The position numbers and the translations under genes are program-made. From positions 32,200 through 96,199 of the forward strand of contig JAQUTK010000009.1 in assembly GCA_028709785.1 (NCBI GenBank): a stretch of 64,000 nucleotides of DNA. Direction: 5' to 3'. The notes under the pieces are model-generated. The model made no database searches. It was not told where the DNA came from and was given only the letters and a program-made list of their open reading frames with translations. Shown here piece by piece: positions 1 through 8,078 of the stretch. How positions within the stretch are numbered: the stretch's first letter is position 1; every line of letters begins with the position of its first letter. The stretch comes from Bacteroidales bacterium. Lineage in GTDB: Bacteria > Bacteroidota > Bacteroidia > Bacteroidales > JAQUTK01.

Positions 1-328
1 CTTCATATTTCTCGGCGATCTTCGCATTCTCCTCTTTGGAGAAGTCAATCACCTTAAACACAAGTTTACCACTCTTTACCTGTTCGGCAAAACTACCCTC
101 TATTACCTCGCGCGTTAGTTTCTCTATCGCATTACATGTAATGCAGCGTTGTTTGCCATGAAAATACAAAACTTCCACATACTCTTTCTGAGCCACAGGT
201 TTTGTGTTGATTGTTGCTTTTGCTCCGGTAGCTGCCGGGGCTTTCGCTTTTGTCGCATTATTGTTCTGGGCATTGCCACAAGAGGCCATTGTCAAGATAG
301 CTGTAAGAAATAAGAGTAGCTTTTTCAT
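1..328 (-). CDS. Thioredoxin-fold lipoprotein with CxxC motif (5' part only; gene runs off the left edge)
   Basis: The reverse-strand frame from ATG at 326-328 is open to position 1 (checked codon by codon). It reads MKKLLLFLTAILTMASCGNAQ... (lipobox-like) and then ...YFHGKQRCITCNAIEKL (CxxC). Its start forms an ATGA overlap with the stop of ORF 325..573. It is absent from the ORF track because it leaves the window. Confidence 0.6.
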   Translation of the reverse strand, partial: MKKLLLFLTAILTMASCGNAQNNNATKAKAPAATGAKATINTKPVAQKEYVEVLYFHGKQRCITCNAIEKLTREVIEGSFAEQVKSGKLVFKVIDFSKEENAKIAEKYE

Positions 329-573
329 CTTTCGGTATTTTTTTTGGTTAGTAATTCTTTTACTTCAGAGACAGAGAGCTTATTCCCGCTCGATACGACC
401 TTTTCATCAATCACAACAGCAGGCGTTCTCATCACATTGTATTCCATAATTTTTAGAATATCTTCCTCCTTGACAAGAGTTGCTTCGATTCCCAACTCTG
501 CAATTGCTTTTTCAACCGTTGCATATAATGCCTTGCAACTAGAACAACCGGTACCCAACACTTTAATTTCCAT
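325..573 (-). CDS. Small thioredoxin-family protein (redox-active disulfide protein 2-like)
   Basis: 82-aa ORF MEIKVLGTGCSSCKALY... with an N-terminal GCSSC CxxC motif. Size and layout are typical of the small stand-alone thioredoxin-fold family. It is probably co-transcribed with the ArsR gene upstream. Confidence 0.8.
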   Translation of the reverse strand: MEIKVLGTGCSSCKALYATVEKAIAELGIEATLVKEEDILKIMEYNVMRTPAVVIDEKVVSSGNKLSVSEVKELLTKKNTER

Positions 574-659
574 GATTACTCTACTTTATTTGATCTATAA
601 TTAGTGTATTTCGTTATTCGCCGAAAGACGAACAATCAAAAGAAAAAAACTTCAGACAA

Positions 660-983
660 TTAGTCACAGCACGATGGCTTCTCTTTTAGTTCCTTAAAGA
701 AACTACGGAACAAACGGCTGGCAAGTTCCCAATTTTCGCGATTGATACAGTAGCGAACTTTGGGTCCTTCTATTTCACCTTGAATAAGTCCGGCATCTTT
801 CAATTCTTTGAGATGCTGCGACACGGTGGCCTTAGCAATTGGAAGCACTTCATTGATATCTCCGAAAAAGCAGCTATCCTGTGCGGCTAAGAAATTAAGA
901 ATTCTCATCCGGGCAGGGTGTCCCATTGCTTTTGCAATGCGGGCGATCTGCTCCTGCTGATCGGTATATTCTGTTGCTCTCAT
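660..983 (-). CDS. ArsR/SmtB-family metalloregulatory transcriptional repressor
   Basis: The ORF is trimmed to the ATG at 983 (MRATEY...). It carries a winged-helix signature HPARMRILNFL...ATVSQHLKELKDAGLI and ends in ...KPSCCD. The longer track ORF (to 1040) would run through its own operator and promoter. Confidence 0.85.
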   Translation of the reverse strand: MRATEYTDQQEQIARIAKAMGHPARMRILNFLAAQDSCFFGDINEVLPIAKATVSQHLKELKDAGLIQGEIEGPKVRYCINRENWELASRLFRSFFKELKEKPSCCD

Positions 984-990
984 TGTTTGT

Positions 991-1030
991 ATTTGAATAT
1001 TGTTCGCAAATATACGAACAATATTCAAAT
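991..1030 (-). promoter_or_regulatory. Perfect 16-bp inverted repeat (operator candidate) enclosing a -7 promoter box for the ArsR operon
   Basis: ATTTGAATATTGTTCG (991-1006) and CGAACAATATTCAAAT (1015-1030) are exact reverse complements. The 8-bp spacer CAAATATA (1007-1014) reads TATATTTG on the minus strand, which matches the Bacteroides TAnnTTTG -7 consensus. It lies 24 nt upstream of the ATG at 983. Confidence 0.6.
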
Positions 1031-1104
1031 TACCAATCATAATCTGTTTTTTTTAATAAGATCATACGATTTCTCAGGATTCTTTGTGTAAACCGATTAT
1101 TTAC

Positions 1105-1112
1105 TATATTTG
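1105..1112 (+). promoter_or_regulatory. Candidate -7 promoter box (TATATTTG) for the histidine kinase gene
   Basis: Exact match to TAnnTTTG, 19-49 nt upstream of the candidate ATG starts at 1131, 1149 and 1161. Confidence 0.35.
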
Positions 1113-1160
1113 TACGATGATTGCTTCAAAATGTCCCTTAAAGTTTTAATGTCTCATAGA

Positions 1161-3884
1161 ATGAAGTGTTTCAGAATCGTATTCACGCTACTATCGTTGT
1201 TCGTTTTTTGTAAAACGGCAGAGGCTTCGTCCTCAAAAGAGTATGTATTGATTATAAATTCCTATACAGAAGCAGACGAGTGGGGCACGCACACACAAAA
1301 CACAATCATTGATTACTTAAAGAGGACGACAAATTCAACGATTTATCTTGAATATCTTGATGAATGTGTCTTTCCTTCATTGAGTAATGCATATGATGAA
1401 ATGAATCATTTGTACAGTCGATACAGTGTCAGACCTAAAGTTGTCGTTATCATCGGAGAGGCCGGATGGATCGCTTACAGAAGCACCTTGCCTTCGTCGT
1501 GGAAGAATATACCGATTGTGTTGACTACTGTTCGTGATTTTACTATTTCACTAGAAGATTTAGTCTCAAACAAAGAAACAACCTCTTTCACACCAATATC
1601 CTTCGAGGAGAGCATAAAAGGGTTTGAGATCACAGGTGTATATAATCCGCTTTATATAAAAGAGACCATCCTGCTCATGAAACAGTTGATGCCGGAGATG
1701 AAAAGAATCGCCTTTATATCCGATAAGCGATATGTCAGCGTATCCGGTTTGGATAACTTTCTTCGCATCATGAAAGAGGATTTTCCGGAGCTTGTTCCTC
1801 TCTCATTTAACCTTAAATATATGAGTGCGGACAGTTTGCTTAATACTTTAACGCAGCTTGACAGACAGACAGGTGTGTTGTGCTATGGATGGTATACTTC
1901 GCAATCAATCACGGCCGCCGGTGTTCAGTCAACTGCCAAATTGCACCGGGTCATCAGTAATTTTACCAATACGCCTGTCTTCAGTCTGATTGATATAGGA
2001 CTTTCCAGCGGACAATTTGCAGGAGGTGTCATGTCAACCTCACATGATTATGGAGAAAAGACCGGCGAACTGGTGGTTCAGATTCTGAACGGGAAGAAAG
2101 TCTCTGAAATACCTTTTCAAAGGCTTGGAAATCAAACGGCTCATCTGAATTATGACGAACTGAAACGAGGTGGTATAGATCTCGATTTACTGCCTGATAA
2201 GGCCATATATTATCAACGGCCACTCAGTTTCTATGAGCAGCATATGGTGATGATTTATATATTCTGTTTTAGCATATTCGTTATATGGCTGGTATTAATC
2301 ATATGGATCGCTTATTTAAGACGCACAAAAGAGCTCAAACAAAAGGAGATAGAATTTCTCTCCAAGTACAAAGATCTTTATTATCAAAATGAGGAGTTAA
2401 AGCAGCTTCTGTCCTCTATTATTGACAATATACCGATACCTGTTTTTGTCAAAGAGGTAACAAAAGAGATCCGTATTTTATATGTGAATAAAAAGGCGGA
2501 AGAGTTTCTCGGAGTCAAATCGGAACAGGTAATAGGAAAATTGCAGATAGATGCTTATGGGGAAGAATTAGGTGCTGTACTGGAGGAAGAGGATCAATTC
2601 ATGATTGAGCATGGAGGTTTTATTTCCGATGAAAGACCATTTGTTTTGCCCGATAAAAGGAAGATCATTACCCGAGTGGAAAAAGCGCTGGTGAAACAGG
2701 ATGAGGAGCACTCCTATATTATTGCTACCCGATGGGATATTACCGAACAAAAAGCTATTCTGCACAAATTGGAGGAAACAAATCACAGACTCTCTGAGGT
2801 GATGAATGTAGGCGATATATCATCATGGACATGGAAACCGGAAATAGCTATGGTTTTCATCGAACGGAATCTGTCGAACAAAACAGGTGAGCTCATCTTG
2901 AATCAAAGTTCTTCCCACACGGTACAAGAGATGCTTGACAGGATTCATCCGGATTATCTGCAACAGTCAAGAGCAATCTTTAGGGGAATTTTAGAAGGTG
3001 AAGCAGAGCGTTTTGATATGGAATATCGTCTTGATTATGATGGGTCTGGTTACAAATGGTATGGTATGCATGGCCTCGTCACAGAAAAAGATCCGACGGG
3101 TAAACCGCTGACCGTCATAGGCTGTACGATTGATATATCAAAGAGCAAGCAAGTGCAACAGGAATTGATAGAAGCCAAAGAGAGGGCGGAAGAGTCTGAC
3201 CGCGTAAAGACTGCTTTTCTGGAAAGTGTGAGTCATGAGATCCGCACTCCGCTCAATGCAATCGTTGGTTTCTCTCGTATTCTTGCCTCTTCGCAACTGG
3301 AAGAAGACGAAAAAAACCAGTATGCGGATATCATAGAAAGTAATAATAATCTCCTGTTGCAGATTATCAATGATATTCTGGATCTCTCCCAACTGGAATT
3401 CGGGACTTTTAATGTATGCAATGTTCCAACAGACATCCATCTTTTGTTCAACGAACTGGTGGATATTTGTTCTGAAAAGATTGATACCGCTCAGGTCAGT
3501 CTCACCTTTGAAAAAACAATGCCGGTTTGTATCGCAGTAACGGACAGAAACCGCTTGTTTCAAGTGTTGGAGAATCTTTTATCCAATGCGATCAAGTTTA
3601 CCAAACAAGGCAGCATTATTATGGGATACAAGCAACAAGACGATACTCTCTTTTTTTATGTGAAAGACACAGGCTGTGGCATTCCATACGATCAGCAGGA
3701 TGAAATATTTGAACGTTTTGTCAAACTGGACTCTTTTGTTCAGGGAACTGGACTCGGTTTGCCCATCTGCTCCTCTATTGTCAGAGGGTTAGGAGGAAAG
3801 ATTGGCGTAGAATCCGAACCCGGTGTGGGTTCCACTTTCTGGTTTACCATACCTGGCCATTTCGAGCAGACACCCGAAATTTGA
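1161..3884 (+). CDS. Sensor histidine kinase (periplasmic substrate-binding-like domain, TM, PAS, HisKA, HATPase; no receiver)
   Basis: The N-terminus MKCFRIVFTLLSLFVFCKTAEA looks like a signal peptide or TM segment. An internal TM helix reads MVMIYIFCFSIFVIWLVLIIWIAYL. PAS-like segments follow, then the H-box SHEIRTPLNAI and HATPase boxes LLSNAIKFT and GTGLGLPIC. The start is ambiguous (1131, 1149 or 1161). The TTG at 1110 lies inside the predicted -7 box. Confidence 0.85.
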   Translation: MKCFRIVFTLLSLFVFCKTAEASSSKEYVLIINSYTEADEWGTHTQNTIIDYLKRTTNSTIYLEYLDECVFPSLSNAYDEMNHLYSRYSVRPKVVVIIGEAGWIAYRSTLPSSWKNIPIVLTTVRDFTISLEDLVSNKETTSFTPISFEESIKGFEITGVYNPLYIKETILLMKQLMPEMKRIAFISDKRYVSVSGLDNFLRIMKEDFPELVPLSFNLKYMSADSLLNTLTQLDRQTGVLCYGWYTSQSITAAGVQSTAKLHRVISNFTNTPVFSLIDIGLSSGQFAGGVMSTSHDYGEKTGELVVQILNGKKVSEIPFQRLGNQTAHLNYDELKRGGIDLDLLPDKAIYYQRPLSFYEQHMVMIYIFCFSIFVIWLVLIIWIAYLRRTKELKQKEIEFLSKYKDLYYQNEELKQLLSSIIDNIPIPVFVKEVTKEIRILYVNKKAEEFLGVKSEQVIGKLQIDAYGEELGAVLEEEDQFMIEHGGFISDERPFVLPDKRKIITRVEKALVKQDEEHSYIIATRWDITEQKAILHKLEETNHRLSEVMNVGDISSWTWKPEIAMVFIERNLSNKTGELILNQSSSHTVQEMLDRIHPDYLQQSRAIFRGILEGEAERFDMEYRLDYDGSGYKWYGMHGLVTEKDPTGKPLTVIGCTIDISKSKQVQQELIEAKERAEESDRVKTAFLESVSHEIRTPLNAIVGFSRILASSQLEEDEKNQYADIIESNNNLLLQIINDILDLSQLEFGTFNVCNVPTDIHLLFNELVDICSEKIDTAQVSLTFEKTMPVCIAVTDRNRLFQVLENLLSNAIKFTKQGSIIMGYKQQDDTLFFYVKDTGCGIPYDQQDEIFERFVKLDSFVQGTGLGLPICSSIVRGLGGKIGVESEPGVGSTFWFTIPGHFEQTPEI

Positions 3885-3962
3885 ACCTCTTGAGTGTTCC
3901 CTTTCGTGTGATCCACTCCGTTTTTGCATCTGTCAGTGATAAATCTCTGTTCCGATTATGAA

Positions 3963-4044
3963 TCGACATTGACTCGACATTGATGCAACATTACCTACAT
4001 CATCTTAACCTGGATCATTGTCTTCGACATCAGAGCGACATTAT
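3963..4044 (+). repeat. Phased short direct repeats (T/G)CGACAT(T) at 11-bp spacing
   Basis: CGACAT occurs at 3964 and 3975, CAACAT at 3986, and CGACAT again at 4025 and 4036. Spacing is exactly 11 bp within each cluster. The repeats lie in a 680-bp AT-rich noncoding gap. Confidence 0.4.
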
Positions 4045-4206
4045 ATGGTGCACCTTAAATAATATATTAAGTAATAATACTGATGTAAATAATATCTTCT
4101 CATAATGTACATTCTGATCATATGAAAATGAAAGAATAAAAAATAATATGACAAGGAAAACGATATGAAAGCTACACCGATACCGATTAATCCTTTCAAA
4201 TAGATT

Positions 4207-4275
4207 TCCTCGCTTCGCTGGAACGCAACTCTCGTTTCGCTCTAGCCAAATCTCCGTTTCACTGGAGCGAAGCGG
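4207..4275 (+). repeat. Three degenerate tandem units of about 21-25 bp with a 9-bp terminal inverted repeat
   Basis: The units are TCCTCGCTTCGCTGGAACGCAAC, TCTCGTTTCGCTCTAGCCAAA and TCTCCGTTTCACTGGAGCGAAGCGG. CGCTTCGCT (4211-4219) is the reverse complement of AGCGAAGCG (4266-4274). Confidence 0.35.
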
Positions 4276-4565
4276 AAAACATATACGGATCGTCCGGACA
4301 ACATAACCTGATGAAGATATACCATGTTACAGTTGCTAATCAGAAGTACATCATGAATGCTGAAGGTGCTTCACTGTTTATGAATTTCTGATGTCCCACT
4401 CATATAATTTGTAAAAATCGCCGGCAATACGGAATATTTCTATACTTTCGCCTGCTTTTGTTATTGGGGAGTGTTTTGTTCATTGTTAAATTTCCGGTTT
4501 TTGAGAGACAAAATGAACCCCTGTATTGGAACTTCTTATTTCAAACCCAAGTTAATACAATTTTT

Positions 4566-5924
4566 ATGAAAAGATTTTTTTATGTGCTCACAGTGCTGTC
4601 GCTTTTTTTGTCAGGCACTTCATCGCTTTCTGCCCAGACCCGACAGACTGTAACTGCCCGTCAGGCTTACGTCGAACCTTACTCCGTTTCCTCCAGAGAA
4701 GATATCTCTCTGAGAAGAGGAGGTATTAGCAATTGGAACAATCAAAACCGGAGTGTGGTGTGGTATCTGTACCAACAAAAGGGGTCGTACAAAGTTGCTC
4801 TTGATCTGCAAAAGATTTCTGGTGAGCAAAATACGATTGAAATCAGTTGTACGGAATGTGCAGAGGTGGGCTTCAAACCAATGATAAAGAAATTATCGCT
4901 CAAGAGTGCCTCCGGAGATCAACAAGTCAGAATAGGCAAGGTAGAGATTCCTGCTACCGGATATTATCGCTATGAAATGAAAGCACTGACAGCTATGGAA
5001 GGTGTGATTATCAACGGATTATCCTTTGAGGCTACACCTGATAAAGTAACAGGAGCAATTCCTGTCGTACATGCCACAAAGTTTCAATCATCTCCTTCAG
5101 TGCATCTGAGCTTTAGTACAACGGCTCCTACGACCAAAGAATATGATTGGATTTATGAAGAAATAATGGTACCAAAGGGCTATGATCCGTTGCATACGTA
5201 TTGGATGTCGCTCGGGTTTTTCCGTGGTTATATGGGAATTCAGACAAATAGCGAGACAGAACGTCGGGTACTCTTCTCTGTGTGGGACAGTGTCGACAAG
5301 GATAAAAACCCGAATGCTTCCAAAGACAGTCTGGTGTCGCTGGTGGATAAAGCGGATTATGTGACCAGCAATGGCTTTGGCAATGAAGGAACCGGCGGGC
5401 AGTCGTATGTGAAGAATGCCAACTGGAAAGTGGACCAACCGGTGAAGTTTCTGATGAATGTGCGTCGTGGTGAAGGTTCGATTGTTTTATCTGCCTGGTA
5501 TTGTATCAATGAAACAGAAGGTTGGAAGTATGTGGCCTCCTGGAGAGCTCCGCAGGAACAGCGTCTGTTTAATGGCTTCTATTCGTTTATAGAAAATTTC
5601 TCCTCTTCCAACGGTCAACTGTTGCGTAAAGGATATTACTTCAATGCTTTTGGTCGCGAGGCATCAACCGGCAAGTGGTTAAGCTTTAACAAAGTGAGAT
5701 TTTCGCATACAGACGGTACCGAAGGAGAACGTGTGGACTACGAACAAGGGGTGGCTCCCGAGTATCCAACTCGTTTTTACATGGCTTCGGGTGGATATAC
5801 TCCGACCAAACTGACTGCAGATGAGATTCCGTTGCAGACCAATGAGCCGTCAATGGATCTGAAACCGTTTATCGAACGGGTGGATAAGGCTTTGATCAAC
5901 GAGAAAAAGATGTCTGACAATTAA
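4566..5924 (+). CDS. Secreted DUF5077/DUF3472-like protein (uncharacterised, putative glycan-binding or glycan-active)
   Basis: The ATG at 4566 gives the signal peptide MKRFFYVLTVLSLFLSGTSSLSAQ. The architecture matches my recollection of Bacteroidales DUF5077 (N-terminal) plus DUF3472 (C-terminal) proteins. It is a close paralog of 17670..19721. The TTG start at 4458 in the track is rejected. Confidence 0.75.
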   Translation: MKRFFYVLTVLSLFLSGTSSLSAQTRQTVTARQAYVEPYSVSSREDISLRRGGISNWNNQNRSVVWYLYQQKGSYKVALDLQKISGEQNTIEISCTECAEVGFKPMIKKLSLKSASGDQQVRIGKVEIPATGYYRYEMKALTAMEGVIINGLSFEATPDKVTGAIPVVHATKFQSSPSVHLSFSTTAPTTKEYDWIYEEIMVPKGYDPLHTYWMSLGFFRGYMGIQTNSETERRVLFSVWDSVDKDKNPNASKDSLVSLVDKADYVTSNGFGNEGTGGQSYVKNANWKVDQPVKFLMNVRRGEGSIVLSAWYCINETEGWKYVASWRAPQEQRLFNGFYSFIENFSSSNGQLLRKGYYFNAFGREASTGKWLSFNKVRFSHTDGTEGERVDYEQGVAPEYPTRFYMASGGYTPTKLTADEIPLQTNEPSMDLKPFIERVDKALINEKKMSDN

Positions 5925-5991
5925 TTATAATAAAAAATAGAGAAGGTTAACTATTTAGGGAGTTTTTACGCAAATATTCGAATAAGAATTG

Positions 5992-5999
5992 TAGATTTG
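5992..5999 (+). promoter_or_regulatory. Candidate -7 promoter box (TAGATTTG)
   Basis: Exact TAnnTTTG match, 80 nt upstream of the ATG at 6079. Confidence 0.3.
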
Positions 6000-6078
6000 T
6001 AAAATTAGAGGAATTGTTTGATGGAGTCCTTAACCACTCTTGATTCAGAGCAAAAAGTTTAAATCACCTTCTATAATT

Positions 6079-7812
6079 ATGAGTAAGACTTTTTTAATTG
6101 ATTTACTGCAGAATATTGCAATCTTACTTGCTTTCAGTCTGTTATATGACTATTTCAGTATGAAGAAGGTAAGAGATAAAACTCTTTTGATAAAATTTCT
6201 TACAGGTGTTACTATAGGAGCAATTGGTTTGATCTTGATACAGACTCCATGGATACTCAGTCCGGGTCTTGTTTTTGATACCCGTTCGATAATGCTTTCG
6301 ATTTCCGGTTTGTTTTTTGGCGCTATACCTACTATCATAGCTATCCTCATTACCGGATTATATAGATTTGTAATGGGGGGTGATGGCGTTTGGATGGGTG
6401 TTGCTGTCATTGTTAGCTCCGGTACAATCGGCATTCTATGGGGAAAGCTGAGGTTTGAAACATTGCGTGAAAACAAATACTGGGAACTGCTATTCCTTGG
6501 CTTGCTTGTGCATATAGTCATGTTGGCGTGCACGCTGCTTTTGCCCCCGGAAAATATTATACCGACATTAAAAACAATTGTATTCCCCGTCATCATCATT
6601 TATCCGCTGGGTACTCTCATACTTGGAACGATAATGATCCGACAGTATCAAAACCAAAAAACAAGAGAAGCCTTGCGGGAAAGTGAACGGAGATGGCAAT
6701 TTGCTCTTGAGGGAAATCAAGATGGTGTATGGGACTGGAATCTGACAACCAATCAGGTCTATTATTCCAAACAATACAAGGCTATGCTGGGATATGAAGA
6801 ACACGAATTTGAAAGTACTATTGATGGATGGAGCAAAAGAGTGCATCCGGATGATATTGAAACGTGTTATTCGGATATTCAAAAACACCTGGACGGAAAG
6901 GAGCATTTCTACTCAAATGTTCACCGGGTTTTATGCAAAAACGGGGAATATATATGGGTGCTTGACAGAGGTAAGATTACCGATTACTCGGAGAGTGGTA
7001 AACCATTACGTATGGTGGGTACCCACACCGACTTGACCGAAAGAATCACGAAAGAGAACGAACTGAAACTGGCGAAAGAAAAAGCAGAGCAAAGCGATCG
7101 TCTCAAGTCCGCGTTTCTTGCCAATATGTCGCATGAAATCCGAACCCCGATGAATGGTATTCTGGGATTTGCAGAGTTGCTTAAAGAACCGGATCTAACT
7201 GGTGAGGAACAACAGGCCTATATTCAAATCATCGAGAAAAGTGGAGTGCGTATGCTCAATATCATCAACGATATTATTGATATATCCAAAATAGAAGCCG
7301 GTCTGATGAAACTCGATGTGAAAGACTCGAATATAAATGACCAAATCGAATACATTTATACATTCTTCAAACCGGAAGTTGAGGGTAAAGGATTGAAATT
7401 CTCATCTAATTCCCCCTTGCCTGATGAGGAAGCAGTTATCAGGACTGACCGCGAAAAGGTCTATGCCATACTGACCAACCTGGTGAAAAATGCCATCAAA
7501 TACACCGATAAAGGTTCAATTGAATTTGGTTATGTATTAAAAACGGACAGAGAACAGCAGCTACTGGAGTTTTATGTGAAAGACACTGGACTTGGAATCC
7601 CAAAAGACAGAATAGAGGCGATCTTCGAACGTTTTATCCAGGCTGATATTACGGATGAAATGGTACGACAAGGTGCGGGATTGGGCCTGTCTATTTCGAA
7701 AGCGTATGTGGAAATGCTTGGTGGCAAGATCTGGGTAGAAAGCAAAGAAGGCTCGGGCTCCACGTTTTATTTCACCTTGCCTTACCATGAGTCTGACACC
7801 AGTTTCAGCTGA
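6079..7812 (+). CDS. Sensor histidine kinase with N-terminal 5TM LytS/YhcK-type (5TMR-LYT-like) membrane sensor, PAS, HisKA, HATPase; no receiver
   Basis: The protein starts MSKTFLIDLLQNIAILLAFSLLYDY, followed by several hydrophobic helices. It then has a PAS segment (WQFALEGNQDGVWDWN), the H-box SHEIRTPMNGI, and HATPase boxes LVKNAIKYT and GAGLGLSISK. Confidence 0.85.
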   Translation: MSKTFLIDLLQNIAILLAFSLLYDYFSMKKVRDKTLLIKFLTGVTIGAIGLILIQTPWILSPGLVFDTRSIMLSISGLFFGAIPTIIAILITGLYRFVMGGDGVWMGVAVIVSSGTIGILWGKLRFETLRENKYWELLFLGLLVHIVMLACTLLLPPENIIPTLKTIVFPVIIIYPLGTLILGTIMIRQYQNQKTREALRESERRWQFALEGNQDGVWDWNLTTNQVYYSKQYKAMLGYEEHEFESTIDGWSKRVHPDDIETCYSDIQKHLDGKEHFYSNVHRVLCKNGEYIWVLDRGKITDYSESGKPLRMVGTHTDLTERITKENELKLAKEKAEQSDRLKSAFLANMSHEIRTPMNGILGFAELLKEPDLTGEEQQAYIQIIEKSGVRMLNIINDIIDISKIEAGLMKLDVKDSNINDQIEYIYTFFKPEVEGKGLKFSSNSPLPDEEAVIRTDREKVYAILTNLVKNAIKYTDKGSIEFGYVLKTDREQQLLEFYVKDTGLGIPKDRIEAIFERFIQADITDEMVRQGAGLGLSISKAYVEMLGGKIWVESKEGSGSTFYFTLPYHESDTSFS

Positions 7813-7928
7813 ACTTGTGAGGTAGGGATTATGGGGCTATCCAGCAATGACGCGTAATGAACAATTTCAGCAAGCCCTCATGATGCTTTGTGCCAGATTC
7901 TTATTATAGAGTGAAACTGCATAATATT

Positions 7929-7954
7929 AGACTCACTTCAAACAAAGTGAGTCT
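7929..7954 (+). terminator. Intrinsic terminator-like hairpin after the kinase gene
   Basis: AGACTCACTT, a 6-nt loop CAAACA, then AAGTGAGTCT form a perfect 10-bp stem. The hairpin is followed by GAAGTTTGTTTTTTG. Confidence 0.55.
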
Positions 7955-7983
7955 GAAGTTTGTTTTTTGTAGGACAATTATCC

Positions 7984-7991
7984 TATCTTTG
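7984..7991 (+). promoter_or_regulatory. Candidate -7 promoter box (TATCTTTG) for the GH29-sulfatase-GH95-GH2 operon
   Basis: Exact TAnnTTTG match between the upstream terminator hairpin and the ATG at 8079. Confidence 0.4.
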
Positions 7992-8078
7992 CCACAGTTT
8001 ATTACACAGATTCCCGAAGCAGCTATTACTCTTAAAGCTTCTGTGACTTGTCGTTATAAATTAACACCTACTAATAAT

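Noticed and set aside
1110-1160. Upstream-extended starts given in the ORF track (for example 1110, 4458, 6040, 7890, 17031, 22287, 28256, 36628, 58042, 58082, 58810)
   Set aside because: Most of these begin at TTG or GTG (a few at an upstream ATG) and add residues ahead of an obvious signal peptide that begins at an internal ATG. Several would start inside or upstream of the predicted -7 promoter box. The internal ATG starts were used instead.
3885-4565. Long noncoding gap screened for tRNA, small ORFs or pseudogene remnants
   Set aside because: I could not recognise any cloverleaf-like T-arm or anticodon context. Only ORFs of 12 aa or fewer are present (for example MKATPIPINPFK). Only the repeat features reported above were retained.
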